Made by a program: the position numbers and the translations under genes
Source of the DNA: an uncultured Bacilli bacterium
GTDB lineage: Bacteria; Bacillota_I; Bacilli_A; RF39; UBA660
Reading direction: 5' to 3'
NCBI GenBank assembly: GCA_947625625.1
Contig: CANQPC010000001.1
Span: forward strand, 25,258 to 89,257
DNA length: 64,000 bases
Notes under the pieces: generated by a model
Database searches by the model: none
The model's input: only the letters and a program-made list of their open reading frames with translations
Told to the model about the DNA's origin: nothing
In this document: positions 30,569 to 40,436 of the stretch, piece by piece
How positions within the stretch are numbered: the first letter of the stretch is position 1
Layout of the letters: every line of letters starts with the position of its first letter

Positions 30569-31492
30569 ATGGCAGTAGTATCAATGAGCTATTTGCTAGA
30601 AGCTGGAGTTCATTTCGGTCATCAGACAAAGAGATGGAATCCAAAGATGAAAGAGTATATTTATAACTCGAGAGATGATATTTATATTATCGACTTACAA
30701 AAGACAGTAGAAAAGATGGAAGAAGCTTATGCGGCACTTAACAAGATTGCTAGTGAAGGTGGAAAGGTTCTATATGTTGGAACAAAGAAACAAGCACAAG
30801 AAGTTTGCCGAGAAGAAGCTGAAAGATCAGGAATGTACTATATGACTGAGAGATGGTTAGGTGGTACTTTAACTAATTTTAGAACAATTAGAAGAAGAGT
30901 AAATCGTCTCGAAGAAATCGAAAAGATGGAAAGTGATGGTACATTTGATAAATTACCTAAGAAAGAAGTAGTAGGATTAAGAAAAGAGTACGAAAAGTTA
31001 AATAAGAACTTATGTGGTATTAGAGAAATGACAAAATTACCTCAAGCGGTTATTATTGTCGATTCTACTAAAGAGTACAATGCTATTAGAGAAGCTAGAA
31101 GACTTGGTATACCAGTATTTGGTCTTATCGATACAAATTGTGATCCTGATGATGTCGATTATGTATTGCCTGGTAATGATGATGCAGTAAGAAGTATTAA
31201 AGTTGTACTCGGTGCTCTTACTAATGCAATAATTGAAGCTAATGGTGGAACAATTGTCGACTATGTAAGTGAAGATGATAGAAAAGTATCAAAAGAAAAG
31301 TCTTTTACGAAAAAAGAAAAGAAAGATACTAAGGAAGAAGTAGCAGTTCAAAAAGAAGAAGTTAAAGAAGAAAAGCCAGAATTAGATTTAAGTATTTTAA
31401 CTGTTGCGGAACTTAGAGAGCTTGCTAAGAAAAAAGAGATTAAAGGCTATTCTAAAATGAAAAAAGAAGAATTAATTGAAAATTTAAAATAA
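30569..31492 (+). CDS. rpsB: 30S ribosomal protein S2 with ~60-aa K/E-rich C-terminal extension
   Basis: S2 core ([18 protein letters not shown].., [12 protein letters not shown]); C-terminal tail ..[31 protein letters not shown] resembles Rho_N/SAP-like helix. Confidence 0.9.
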   Translation: MAVVSMSYLLEAGVHFGHQTKRWNPKMKEYIYNSRDDIYIIDLQKTVEKMEEAYAALNKIASEGGKVLYVGTKKQAQEVCREEAERSGMYYMTERWLGGTLTNFRTIRRRVNRLEEIEKMESDGTFDKLPKKEVVGLRKEYEKLNKNLCGIREMTKLPQAVIIVDSTKEYNAIREARRLGIPVFGLIDTNCDPDDVDYVLPGNDDAVRSIKVVLGALTNAIIEANGGTIVDYVSEDDRKVSKEKSFTKKEKKDTKEEVAVQKEEVKEEKPELDLSILTVAELRELAKKKEIKGYSKMKKEELIENLK

Positions 31493-31503
31493 GGAGGGTA
31501 AAT

Positions 31504-32376
31504 ATGATTACTGCAAATATGGTTAAAGAGCTTAGAGAATTAACTGGAGCAGGAATGTTAGATTGTAAGAAAGCTCTTACTGAGACTAATGGAGATATGG
31601 AAGAGGCTGTTACATGGCTTCGTGAAAAAGGTATTTCAAAAGCCGCTAAAAAGCAATCGAGAATTGCAGCAGAAGGATTAGCAACTGTAAAAGTTGAAGG
31701 CAATAAAGCAGTTATCGTCGAAGTTAATTCAGAGACTGATTTTGTTGCTAAAAATCCAGAGTTTGTTTCTCTTGTCGATTCTATAGCTAAGGTAATTTTA
31801 AATAGTGATGTCAAAACTATCGAAGAAGCTAATAAGTTAGAGGTAGATGGAACTACTGTCGAAGAGTTAGTAGTTCAAAAAACTGCTACTATTGGAGAAA
31901 AGTTATCTTTTAGAAGATTTGAAATTTTAACTAAGACTGATTCTGAAGTATTTGGTGTTTACTCTCATATGGGTGGAAAGATTGTAGCGGTAACTATTCT
32001 AGAGGGCAATGACGAAGAAGTTGCCAAAGATATTGCTATGCAAATAGCCGCTATGAGACCTCTTTATTTAGATAGAGATTCTGTTCCAGAAGATAGAATT
32101 GAAAAAGAGAGAGCTATTCTTACGGAGCAGGCTGAAAATGAGGGACTTGATGCTAATAAGCTTCCAATGATTGTAAATGGCAGATTGAATAAATTTTATG
32201 AAGAAGTTTGTCTATTAGATCAAGGATTTGTCAAAGAAAATAAGATGAAAGTATCTAAGTATGTAGAAGGTAAAAATATGAAAATATTATCTTTCGTTAG
32301 ATATGAAGTCGGAGAAGGAATTGAAAAGAAAGAAGAAGATTTTGCTGAAGAAGTTGCTAAACAAATGAATAATTAA
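31504..32376 (+). CDS. tsf: Elongation factor Ts
   Basis: VKELRELTGAGMLDCKKAL UBA-like N-term; rpsB-tsf synteny. Confidence 0.9.
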   Translation: MITANMVKELRELTGAGMLDCKKALTETNGDMEEAVTWLREKGISKAAKKQSRIAAEGLATVKVEGNKAVIVEVNSETDFVAKNPEFVSLVDSIAKVILNSDVKTIEEANKLEVDGTTVEELVVQKTATIGEKLSFRRFEILTKTDSEVFGVYSHMGGKIVAVTILEGNDEEVAKDIAMQIAAMRPLYLDRDSVPEDRIEKERAILTEQAENEGLDANKLPMIVNGRLNKFYEEVCLLDQGFVKENKMKVSKYVEGKNMKILSFVRYEVGEGIEKKEEDFAEEVAKQMNN

Positions 32377-32402
32377 TTCTTTCATGATTGGATGTGAAAG
32401 CT

Positions 32403-32669
32403 ATGAATATAGATAATAATAAAATACTAGATGATAAACAAGTATTTGATGTAGTTGTCGATGGTATTCAAAAGAAAGCAAAAGTTTTGAATATATTAAA
32501 AATTGATGATAAAAAATACGTTATTTATTCTATAGATAATGGTAATGATACTTCAGATATTTTCTCTTCAGAAGTTGTAAAAGATGAAGATGGATACGAT
32601 AAACTTGTCGATATTTTAGATCCAAATATTAGAAAGAAAATTTTAGTACTTATAAATGCAATGCTTTAA
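32403..32669 (+). CDS. Small DUF1292-like protein
   Basis: ~88 aa acidic protein; start ambiguous (TTG 32388 / GTG 32394 / ATG 32403). Confidence 0.35.
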   Translation: MNIDNNKILDDKQVFDVVVDGIQKKAKVLNILKIDDKKYVIYSIDNGNDTSDIFSSEVVKDEDGYDKLVDILDPNIRKKILVLINAML

Positions 32670-32692
32670 GTAATTTAGGGGGTAGATTTTGT

Positions 32693-33985
32693 ATGAATGA
32701 AAATATTAATGCTGATAGAGAACAAATAAAAGCTAATTTAAAGGAAGCTAGAGATGCTTTTTATGGAAGTATAAAAGGTGTCTTCTCTTCTTTGAAGAAT
32801 TATGCGAAGATTTCTGTGTCTTCAAAAAAATTATTTTTTAGTGATTTTAATAATAAGAGATTATTAAGAGAGCTTAATAAAAAAGAAGCTAAAATGCAAA
32901 AAATAGCTAATAGGCTTGGCATAGAATTATTAGTTCAATATGATAATAAACTTAACTTCGGTAGCAAGCAAGAGGTAAATTCTTCTAATGCTGAAGTAAC
33001 TGTAAGTGATAATTTAGAAAATGTTAAGTCTGAAAAAAGGGAAAAGAAAAAGCATTTTTCTTGGTTTAAAAGAAATAATAAAGATTCTAAGTTAGAAAAT
33101 GATTTTGAAGTTCAAGAAGTTTCTGCTTCTGATGAAATAGAAACTAATCCAGTTGAAACTATTAATAATGTCAGCGATAATGATGGTGAAATGGTTTCTG
33201 ATGTTACAGAAGATAATTTAGCCGAAATTACTAATGACATCAGTGGTAGTGAAGAGGAAGTAACTGATTCTGATGAAGTAAAAGATAATCTTGAGATTGT
33301 TCTTGATGAAGATAGTGAAGAAGAAATACTCGATGATAATAAGGAAAATAACAAAAGTAAACATTCGTTTTTCTCAAAAATTAAGAATATATTTAGAAGA
33401 AAGTCTATTTCTTCAGAAAGTTTAGAAAATGATTTAGACAATGAAACAGATGTGGTAGATAATTCATTGGAAAATGAAGATGAACCAACAGTAGAATCTA
33501 TCGAAGATTCAACTAAATCTGATAGTTCAGTAGTAATTCCAGTTGAGACTAAGAGTGAAAGTAAAGATGAGAATGCTAGTTTACCAAAAGTAAATAATAA
33601 CGAACCAAAAGTAAATAATAATGAACCAACAGTAGTTGGAAAATATTATAATTATGCATTTGAAGAAATTGAAGGTGACAATAAAAAATTGGAACTTAAT
33701 AATTCAACTGTTCCTGAAGTTACTTCAAAGTCTAAAATGAAAAATGGTATTTCTAATAGATTACTTAATAGTAATTTTGGTTTGAATTTAAGAATTGCTT
33801 TCCAAAAGGTTGGTATTGCTTTACTTACTGCAACTAACTTTACGACTGAAAAAATTGCGGATTTTTGTGATAGACGCCGAGAAAAAGATTTGAATGATTT
33901 ACGCGAGTTAAGAGAAATGGCTATTAATTCTAAAGGGTCAATATCTTCTTCTAATGGTATGGTTAGAAGAAAAAGTTTACAATAA
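32693..33985 (+). CDS. Highly acidic Ser/Glu/Asp/Asn-rich hypothetical protein with in-frame 21-bp tandem repeat (PKVNNNE x2)
   Basis: ORF track; low-complexity acidic central region; RBS GGGGG. Confidence 0.4.
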   Translation: MNENINADREQIKANLKEARDAFYGSIKGVFSSLKNYAKISVSSKKLFFSDFNNKRLLRELNKKEAKMQKIANRLGIELLVQYDNKLNFGSKQEVNSSNAEVTVSDNLENVKSEKREKKKHFSWFKRNNKDSKLENDFEVQEVSASDEIETNPVETINNVSDNDGEMVSDVTEDNLAEITNDISGSEEEVTDSDEVKDNLEIVLDEDSEEEILDDNKENNKSKHSFFSKIKNIFRRKSISSESLENDLDNETDVVDNSLENEDEPTVESIEDSTKSDSSVVIPVETKSESKDENASLPKVNNNEPKVNNNEPTVVGKYYNYAFEEIEGDNKKLELNNSTVPEVTSKSKMKNGISNRLLNSNFGLNLRIAFQKVGIALLTATNFTTEKIADFCDRRREKDLNDLRELREMAINSKGSISSSNGMVRRKSLQ

Positions 33986-34030
33986 AAAAAATCTAGTTGA
34001 TGTCAAATAAACATCATACTAGTTTTTTTT
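33984..34030. terminator. Bidirectional terminator (CTAGTTGATG...CATCATACTAG) between convergent genes
   Basis: Inverted repeat flanked by A8 and T8. Confidence 0.55.
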
Positions 34031-34039
34031 AATTATTTT

Positions 34040-34630
34040 TTATTCAACTTTCTTTCCGCAATTTTCACAGAAAGCTGTATTTGGTTTTAATTTTTGTCCG
34101 CATCCTAGACAATATCTTTCTGGTTCATTGTTTGAATTTGAATTATTTGCTACTCCAATTGGACCATTTTTACTTACTTCAATGCTACCATCATATTGAT
34201 AATCTTTTGATAATCCAATTACCATTGTCATGATTCCTGAGAAGAAAAGACCAAGAATACCGAAAGTCGAAGGATTTTTATTCATTCTCTTACCTAAGTT
34301 ATAGAAAATGAAGAAGTATACTGCTAGTGTTGCAACTCTTGAAACTAGTGGAATTACTGGTAAACTTATTCCGAAGTTTCCAAGAATGGTAAGTATTGTT
34401 CCAGAAATAAGTATAAAGAAGTACCACCAATTTAATCCTGATATTTCTATTAATACCCAATTATTGTAAAATGGTATAATAGCCTCCCAACCATTTTTTC
34501 CAGCTTTTTTAAATAACTTCCAAAGACCAACGATGTATAATACGGCAACTACTATTGCGATAACAGCAATAAATAGTAATAATAATATTGATCCTCCTAG
34601 TAATGCAGATAATAAATTTGATTCGTCCAT
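34040..34630 (-). CDS. Polytopic membrane protein with C-terminal zinc-ribbon (CLGCGQKL..CENCGKK)
   Basis: ORF track; 5 predicted TM helices then CxxC..CxxC. Confidence 0.5.
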   Translation of the reverse strand: MDESNLLSALLGGSILLLLFIAVIAIVVAVLYIVGLWKLFKKAGKNGWEAIIPFYNNWVLIEISGLNWWYFFILISGTILTILGNFGISLPVIPLVSRVATLAVYFFIFYNLGKRMNKNPSTFGILGLFFSGIMTMVIGLSKDYQYDGSIEVSKNGPIGVANNSNSNNEPERYCLGCGQKLKPNTAFCENCGKKVE

Positions 34631-34742
34631 AAATTCACTTCCTTTCTACTATAAGTATATCAAAAGGTTTAAATTTTATCAATATAATTTTGTTTGTAAT
34701 TAATACCTTTATAAATGAATATTTTGTAATAGGTGAAGAATA

Positions 34743-36650
34743 ATGTTTACTAAAGGTATTCATAAGAGAATTAGAATAGTATTGCTCGGTATTTTAATTA
34801 TATTTTTAACTATTGTTTTGAAAGTATTTTATATTGAAGTTATCGAATATAAGAAACTTAATACTCTAGCTAGTAATTTGTGGAGTAGGAATTTACCAAT
34901 TGAAGCTGATAGGGGGAAAATATTTACAGTTGATGGAGAAGTAGTGGCGGGTAATCTTACGACGACTTCTTTGGTTTTTATTCCTAATCAGATTAAGAAT
35001 AAGGATTTGGTAGCAAGTAAAATTAGTGAAATTTTAGGGGTAGATAAATCTTTAATAGAAGAACATTTATATAAAAGTTCAATGATGGAAAGAGTGCATC
35101 CTGAGGGAAGAAGGCTTTCTTATGAAGTGGCAGATAAGATAGAATCTTTAAATTTTGATGGAGTATATTTACTTAAAGAATCGAAAAGATATTATCCTCA
35201 TGATGAGATGCTTTCGCATATTTTGGGTTATGTTGGTATAGATAATCAGGGGTTAAGTGGATTAGAACTCGAATATGATAAATATTTGACGGGAGAATAT
35301 GGTTCAATTCAGTATTTTTCTGATGCAAAAGGGAATAATTTGGAAAGGAATTCGGTGTATGTAGAGCCAGAAGATGGTTTAGATATTTATCTTACTGTTA
35401 ACTATGACATACAGTCTTCGATTGAAAGAGAATTAGATAATATAGTTACTAAGTATAGTCCGGAAGGGGCATGGGCGATAGCAATGGATCCTAATAACGG
35501 GGAAATACTTGGGATGAGCTCACGACCTAATTTTAATCCTAATAATTATCAGGATTATGATACGGAAACTATTAATAGAAATATGGCTATTTGGGCTAGT
35601 TATGAACCAGGTAGTACTTTTAAAATTCTGACACTGAGTGCTGCGATTAACGAGGGAAAAGTTGATTTGATTAATGATACTTTTTATGATGGAGGATCAG
35701 TTAATGTCGATGGAGCGAGAATTAAATGTTGGAAGGCTGGAGGACATGGAGCACAGACATTTTTAGAGGTTGTGCAAAACTCTTGCAATCCTGGCTTTGT
35801 AGAACTAGGCAGGAGATTAGGGAAGGAGACTTTATTTGATTATATTGATAAATTTGGGTATGGTAAAAAGACGGGAATAGATTTGAATGGAGAAGCTTCA
35901 GGAATACTTTTTAATCTTTCAAAAGTTGGTCCAGTTGAGCTTGCGACGACTTCTTTCGGTCAAGGAGTAAGTGTTACAGCGTTACAACAAGTAACAGCGG
36001 TTAGTGCCGCGATTAATGGGGGAACTTTATATAGACCCCATATTGTTAAAAGAATAGTGGAACATGAAACAGGACAGATAATTGAAGAAGTTGAGCCTAA
36101 AGTAGTAAGAGAAAATATAGTTACTGAAGAAACTAGTGAAATGGTCAGAATGACTTTGGAGTCAGTAGTATCTCTTGGTACTGGTAGAAATGCTTATATT
36201 GATGGTTATAGAGTAGGTGGAAAGACAGGAACAGCTCAAAAAGTTAATAATGGAGCATATATGCAAGGTAATTATATAGTATCTTTTATTGGCTTTTTAC
36301 CCGCTAATGATCCTAAAATTGTCGTCTATTTAGCTATTGATAATCCTAAAGGAATAACTCAGTATGGAGGAACGGTATCGGCACCGATAGTTAAGAATAT
36401 TATGGAAGATGCTATTATAGCTCTTGATATTGAAAAACAAGATGGTGGAACGGAGAAAAAATATCAGTGGTACGATAAAAAATATTATATGGTGGAAGAT
36501 GTCGTAGGACTTACTAAAAAAGAAGCTACTTCTGTACTTAAGAAGTTTACAGTTGAATATACTGGTAGTGGAGACAAAGTAATTAGTCAATCTCCAGAAG
36601 CTGGTAATCGTATTGCCGAAGGGGAAGCAGTTAGGATTTACTTGGGATAA
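34743..36650 (+). CDS. Penicillin-binding protein 2B / SpoVD-type class B PBP with C-terminal PASTA domain
   Basis: N-terminal TM, dimerisation domain, transpeptidase motifs STFK (AxxSTFK), SCN, KTGTA; PASTA at C-terminus. Confidence 0.85.
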   Translation: MFTKGIHKRIRIVLLGILIIFLTIVLKVFYIEVIEYKKLNTLASNLWSRNLPIEADRGKIFTVDGEVVAGNLTTTSLVFIPNQIKNKDLVASKISEILGVDKSLIEEHLYKSSMMERVHPEGRRLSYEVADKIESLNFDGVYLLKESKRYYPHDEMLSHILGYVGIDNQGLSGLELEYDKYLTGEYGSIQYFSDAKGNNLERNSVYVEPEDGLDIYLTVNYDIQSSIERELDNIVTKYSPEGAWAIAMDPNNGEILGMSSRPNFNPNNYQDYDTETINRNMAIWASYEPGSTFKILTLSAAINEGKVDLINDTFYDGGSVNVDGARIKCWKAGGHGAQTFLEVVQNSCNPGFVELGRRLGKETLFDYIDKFGYGKKTGIDLNGEASGILFNLSKVGPVELATTSFGQGVSVTALQQVTAVSAAINGGTLYRPHIVKRIVEHETGQIIEEVEPKVVRENIVTEETSEMVRMTLESVVSLGTGRNAYIDGYRVGGKTGTAQKVNNGAYMQGNYIVSFIGFLPANDPKIVVYLAIDNPKGITQYGGTVSAPIVKNIMEDAIIALDIEKQDGGTEKKYQWYDKKYYMVEDVVGLTKKEATSVLKKFTVEYTGSGDKVISQSPEAGNRIAEGEAVRIYLG

Positions 36651-36703
36651 TTTGTAATTTTGGTAATTTTATGATATAATATGACCTATTTAAGGGGGAT
36701 ATT

Positions 36704-37579
36704 ATGGAGATTATTAATATTTCAAAGAAAAAGCTCGATAGTTTAGAACCTTTTACTTTGCCTAAAAATGTTATTAGTACAGAATGTGAATTATTTAAAT
36801 TTAGATATCGAGGAGTAGATAGATTAGTAAAAAAATTATTTAATAATGATGGATTAGTATTTGCTAATAAGCTTTATACTCTTCAAGCAATCAGTGCGAA
36901 TTTAGATTATATACCAGAATACTTTGTAACTCCAGATTTCTTGCTTTCAATTAATAAGTCAATCGAAGCTTTTGTTATGCCAATTTTAAATGGTATTAAT
37001 ATTAGTATTATTCTAAATGAGAAGGAGTCTAATGTTTCTCTCGAAGAAAAAAAATATTACTTGAAAAGAATAGGCGTAATATTAGAACAGATGAAAAATA
37101 TTAGAAAATATACTCCGCTAACTGACTTTTATTTGGGAGATTTGCATGAAGATAATTTTTTAGTCGATCCTAGTAAAGTAGATTTAAGTGTTGTCGACGT
37201 CGACAGTATAAAGATAGCGGGAAATAAAACAAGTCCTTCGAAGTATCTAACACCTTTTGGGTTACTCAGTGTCGTCTCTGGAAAATATAAGGAGAGAGAC
37301 AATGACTCTTTTGGAGCTTATGAGGCTGATGAAAATACTGATTTATATTGTTATAATATCATTGTTTTGAACTTTTTATTTGGTAGTAGCATTAACAATA
37401 TTGAAATTACAGAGTTTTATAAATTTATTAACTATTTAAATGATTTGGGTGTCGATAAGAATCTTTTGGAATCTTTTAATAGAATTGTATGTAATTCTAA
37501 TAATATTAATCCGATGAATTATATTGATTCTTTAACTCATAAGCAAATTTATAAAGCTAGAAGTCGTGAATATAAATAA
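36704..37579 (+). CDS. Protein-kinase-like / phosphotransferase (APH/CotS-like fold) hypothetical protein
   Basis: Catalytic-loop-like LGDLHEDNFLVD and DxD-like VVDVDSIKI; occupies the position usually held by murE between the PBP gene and mraY. Confidence 0.45.
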   Translation: MEIINISKKKLDSLEPFTLPKNVISTECELFKFRYRGVDRLVKKLFNNDGLVFANKLYTLQAISANLDYIPEYFVTPDFLLSINKSIEAFVMPILNGINISIILNEKESNVSLEEKKYYLKRIGVILEQMKNIRKYTPLTDFYLGDLHEDNFLVDPSKVDLSVVDVDSIKIAGNKTSPSKYLTPFGLLSVVSGKYKERDNDSFGAYEADENTDLYCYNIIVLNFLFGSSINNIEITEFYKFINYLNDLGVDKNLLESFNRIVCNSNNINPMNYIDSLTHKQIYKARSREYK

Positions 37580-37664
37580 TTTACATTGTAGTGTAAAATG
37601 ATAAAAGAGTACTATTTTATTTGATTTAGTTGTGATATAATATACTTGGAAATGGAGTGAAATA

Positions 37665-38657
37665 ATGCTAACATTAACAAAGTCATTATTAGCTTTGATG
37701 CTTGGTTTTATTAGTTCGGCAGTATTTGGTTTAATTGTCATTCCTTTTTTAAAGAAACTTAAAGCAGGACAAAGAATTAATGTTTATGTCGAAGCACATA
37801 AGGGAAAAGCTGGTACACCGACGATGGGAGGACTTATTTTTATAATTCCTACTTTTGCAATAGTGTTGTTTTTATTACTTACGGGCAGAATTGATTATTC
37901 GGTCAATCTCGTAATTGTGCTGTTTGTTTTTGCTGCTTATGCTTTAATAGGCTTTTTGGATGACTTTATCAGTTTAAGAAAGAAGACAAATAAGGGACTA
38001 ACACAATTTCAGAAACTTTTTTTGCAACTTATTGTCGCTTTGGTCTTTTATATTTTATTTAGACAATTTACAGATGGAGATTCATATCTTCGAATATCAG
38101 CTTTAGGTATCGAGTGGAATTTAGGATGGTTTTATGGAGTCTTTATTTTATTCTTACTTGTCGGTACTTCGAATGCTGTCAATTTGACTGATGGACTAGA
38201 TGGTCTGGCGGGAGGATTATCGGCAATTTCATTTTTAGCATTTGGTCTTATTGCGATGGGTAGTTGGTGGATCGAAGGTAATGCCGATATGGGAATATTT
38301 TGTTTTGTTCTCGTTGGTTCAATTATAGGCTTTTTACTTTATAATACGAATCCCGCTAAGGTATTTATGGGAGATACTGGCAGTTTGACGCTCGGAGCGA
38401 CAATGGCGACAATAGCTATTCTTACTTCACATGAACTTTCTCTTGCTCTGATCGGAGGAGTATTTGTTGTAGAAACTCTTACGGTTATTATTCAAATATC
38501 TTCCGTCGTCTTACTTAAAAAACGTGTGTTTCTAATGACACCAATTCATCATCATTTTGAAAGACTGGGTTGGAGAGAAAATGATATAGTTAAATTGTTT
38601 TGGACGGTTGGTTTTATACTTTGTCTATTTGCTTTAATATATGGTGTATGGTTATAA
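37665..38657 (+). CDS. mraY: Phospho-N-acetylmuramoyl-pentapeptide transferase
   Basis: MraY motifs (NAVNLTDGLDGLA, GDTGSL..). Confidence 0.9.
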   Translation: MLTLTKSLLALMLGFISSAVFGLIVIPFLKKLKAGQRINVYVEAHKGKAGTPTMGGLIFIIPTFAIVLFLLLTGRIDYSVNLVIVLFVFAAYALIGFLDDFISLRKKTNKGLTQFQKLFLQLIVALVFYILFRQFTDGDSYLRISALGIEWNLGWFYGVFILFLLVGTSNAVNLTDGLDGLAGGLSAISFLAFGLIAMGSWWIEGNADMGIFCFVLVGSIIGFLLYNTNPAKVFMGDTGSLTLGATMATIAILTSHELSLALIGGVFVVETLTVIIQISSVVLLKKRVFLMTPIHHHFERLGWRENDIVKLFWTVGFILCLFALIYGVWL

Positions 38658-38659
38658 TT

Positions 38660-38697
38660 AAAAAACTATAAGTTTTAAAGGCTTATAGTTTTTTTAA
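38660..38697. terminator. Bidirectional terminator (AACTATAAG-loop-CTTATAGTT) between mraY and convergent ftsW-like gene
   Basis: 9-bp perfect stem flanked by A5/T6. Confidence 0.6.
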
Positions 38698-39773
38698 GTT
38701 CTGCTTATGTTTAATAGAATACCCATACTTATTAAGCTAATTATGAGGCTACTTCCTCCGTATGATAGAAAGGGGAGTGTTACTCCGGTAACGGGAATTA
38801 ATCCGACGACGACCATTAAATTTAGCATTGTTTGAAAAGCTAAACCAAAAGTTATTCCGAAGGCTAAATATTTACCAAAGGTATCTTCGGTTTTAATGGC
38901 TATTTTAAATCCTCTTACGATAATGGTAATGAAAAGAATAGATACAATTAGGATACCCATAAAGCCAAATTCTTCACTTATAATGGAGAAGATGAAATCT
39001 GTCTGCGGTTCAGGTAAATAGAAATGTTTTTGAATTGAGTTTCCAAATCCTAACCCTAATAGACCACCTGGACCAATAGCATAGAGACTTTGAATTATTT
39101 GAAAGCCATCTCCCAGCGGATCAGACCAAGGATTTATGAATGATATAATTCTCTCTAAGCGGTATGGAGCGATAAGAATTAAAATTACTATTCCAATTAA
39201 ACTGGCAATACCTATTTTGACAAAGAAATTCATTTTGACACCACTTACGAATAGTAGAACTATTATTGTCATAACGATAACAACACCGGTTCCGAAATCG
39301 GGTTCAAGCATAATTAATGCGAAGATTAACATTACAATACCGAGAATTGGAAGTACACCTTTCTTGATGTCTTTTATTTCTCGAGCATTTTTTTCGAGGT
39401 ATTTGGAAGTAAATATAATTAGTCCTAATTTAGTAAATTCAGAGGGCTGAATACCAAAACCTCCTATACCAAACCAACTTCGACTGCCGTTTCTAACTGT
39501 TCCTATGCCGGGAATTAAGACAAGAATAAGTAAGATAAGGCAAATACCAAAGATGATATTCGAAAATTTTTTGTAATTTTGATAGGGAAATCTTGATATG
39601 ATAAACATGACAATATAGCCAACAATTAAAAAGAAGGACTGTGATTTTAAATATTTGAAGGGGTCATTAAATTTATATTCGGCCCAAACGTACGATGAAG
39701 AATAAATCATAATTGTTCCAAATATACTGATTATAATTACTGCGATTAAAAGAGGTAAATCGTATTTTTTCAT
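38694..39773 (-). CDS. FtsW/RodA/SpoVE (SEDS) family peptidoglycan glycosyltransferase
   Basis: 10-TM SEDS architecture, conserved ..PEPQTDFIF.. and ..LPFLSYGGSS.. motifs. Confidence 0.85.
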   Translation of the reverse strand: MKKYDLPLLIAVIIISIFGTIMIYSSSYVWAEYKFNDPFKYLKSQSFFLIVGYIVMFIISRFPYQNYKKFSNIIFGICLILLILVLIPGIGTVRNGSRSWFGIGGFGIQPSEFTKLGLIIFTSKYLEKNAREIKDIKKGVLPILGIVMLIFALIMLEPDFGTGVVIVMTIIVLLFVSGVKMNFFVKIGIASLIGIVILILIAPYRLERIISFINPWSDPLGDGFQIIQSLYAIGPGGLLGLGFGNSIQKHFYLPEPQTDFIFSIISEEFGFMGILIVSILFITIIVRGFKIAIKTEDTFGKYLAFGITFGLAFQTMLNLMVVVGLIPVTGVTLPFLSYGGSSLIISLISMGILLNISRT

Positions 39774-39854
39774 CTATAATCACCTAATTAATATTATTAA
39801 TTTGCTTACAATTATATACTATTCTATAAAAATAAAGAATTAGTTTTATTTTGA

Positions 39855-40391
39855 CTAATTCTTTTCGAAGATAGATATTATTTTAGCGGTTAAATAGACA
39901 ATTTTATGATTGTTTTTAATGGCAATATTTTTACAGTAGGCTTTTCCACCGATAGTTAACGATGCGATAAAAGCAGTAATTAGCAAGCTTACAATGAAAC
40001 TGTCTACGTTTAGAAGTTTAGAAATAGCAAGGGAAATGGTTACTCCGGCCGAACCAGATATGATTCCACATATATCTCCAATGACATCATTACAAAATGA
40101 TGAAACAATGCTGGCATTTTTTTTAAAATTGACAGCTTTTTTAGCGCCTTTCATTTTTTTGGAACTCATAGCATGGAGGGGCTCTTCATCGGTACTTGTC
40201 ACTGCGACTCCTATCATGTCGAAAATAATGCCTATAATAATAAAGAGAAGCAAGATAATAATATCAATTATGATATTTACTTTAGGCATAGTTGTTTCGG
40301 AGATAAATGAAAAAATGAAAGAGATAAAGAAGGCGATAATGGTAACTTTTAGTACCCAATAATTTTTCTTTGTTTTGGTGTTTTTTGACAT
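39855..40391 (-). CDS. Small 4-TM membrane protein; candidate OapA-like partner of upstream large ncRNA
   Basis: 178 aa (~20 kDa), four predicted TM helices, conserved-looking acidic loop TDEEPLHAM; start lies 19 nt after the ncRNA terminator so it must be transcribed by read-through. Confidence 0.4.
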   Translation of the reverse strand: MSKNTKTKKNYWVLKVTIIAFFISFIFSFISETTMPKVNIIIDIIILLLFIIIGIIFDMIGVAVTSTDEEPLHAMSSKKMKGAKKAVNFKKNASIVSSFCNDVIGDICGIISGSAGVTISLAISKLLNVDSFIVSLLITAFIASLTIGGKAYCKNIAIKNNHKIVYLTAKIISIFEKN

Positions 40392-40410
40392 AATTTATTT
40401 CCTTTCTTAA

Positions 40411-40436
40411 TAAAAAAAGGCTATGCGAAGCCTTCT
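40411..40436 (-). terminator. Rho-independent terminator on minus strand (AGGCTTCGCATAGCCT + T7)
   Basis: On the minus strand the hairpin is followed by TTTTTTT; lies between ncRNA and the 4-TM gene. Confidence 0.6.
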
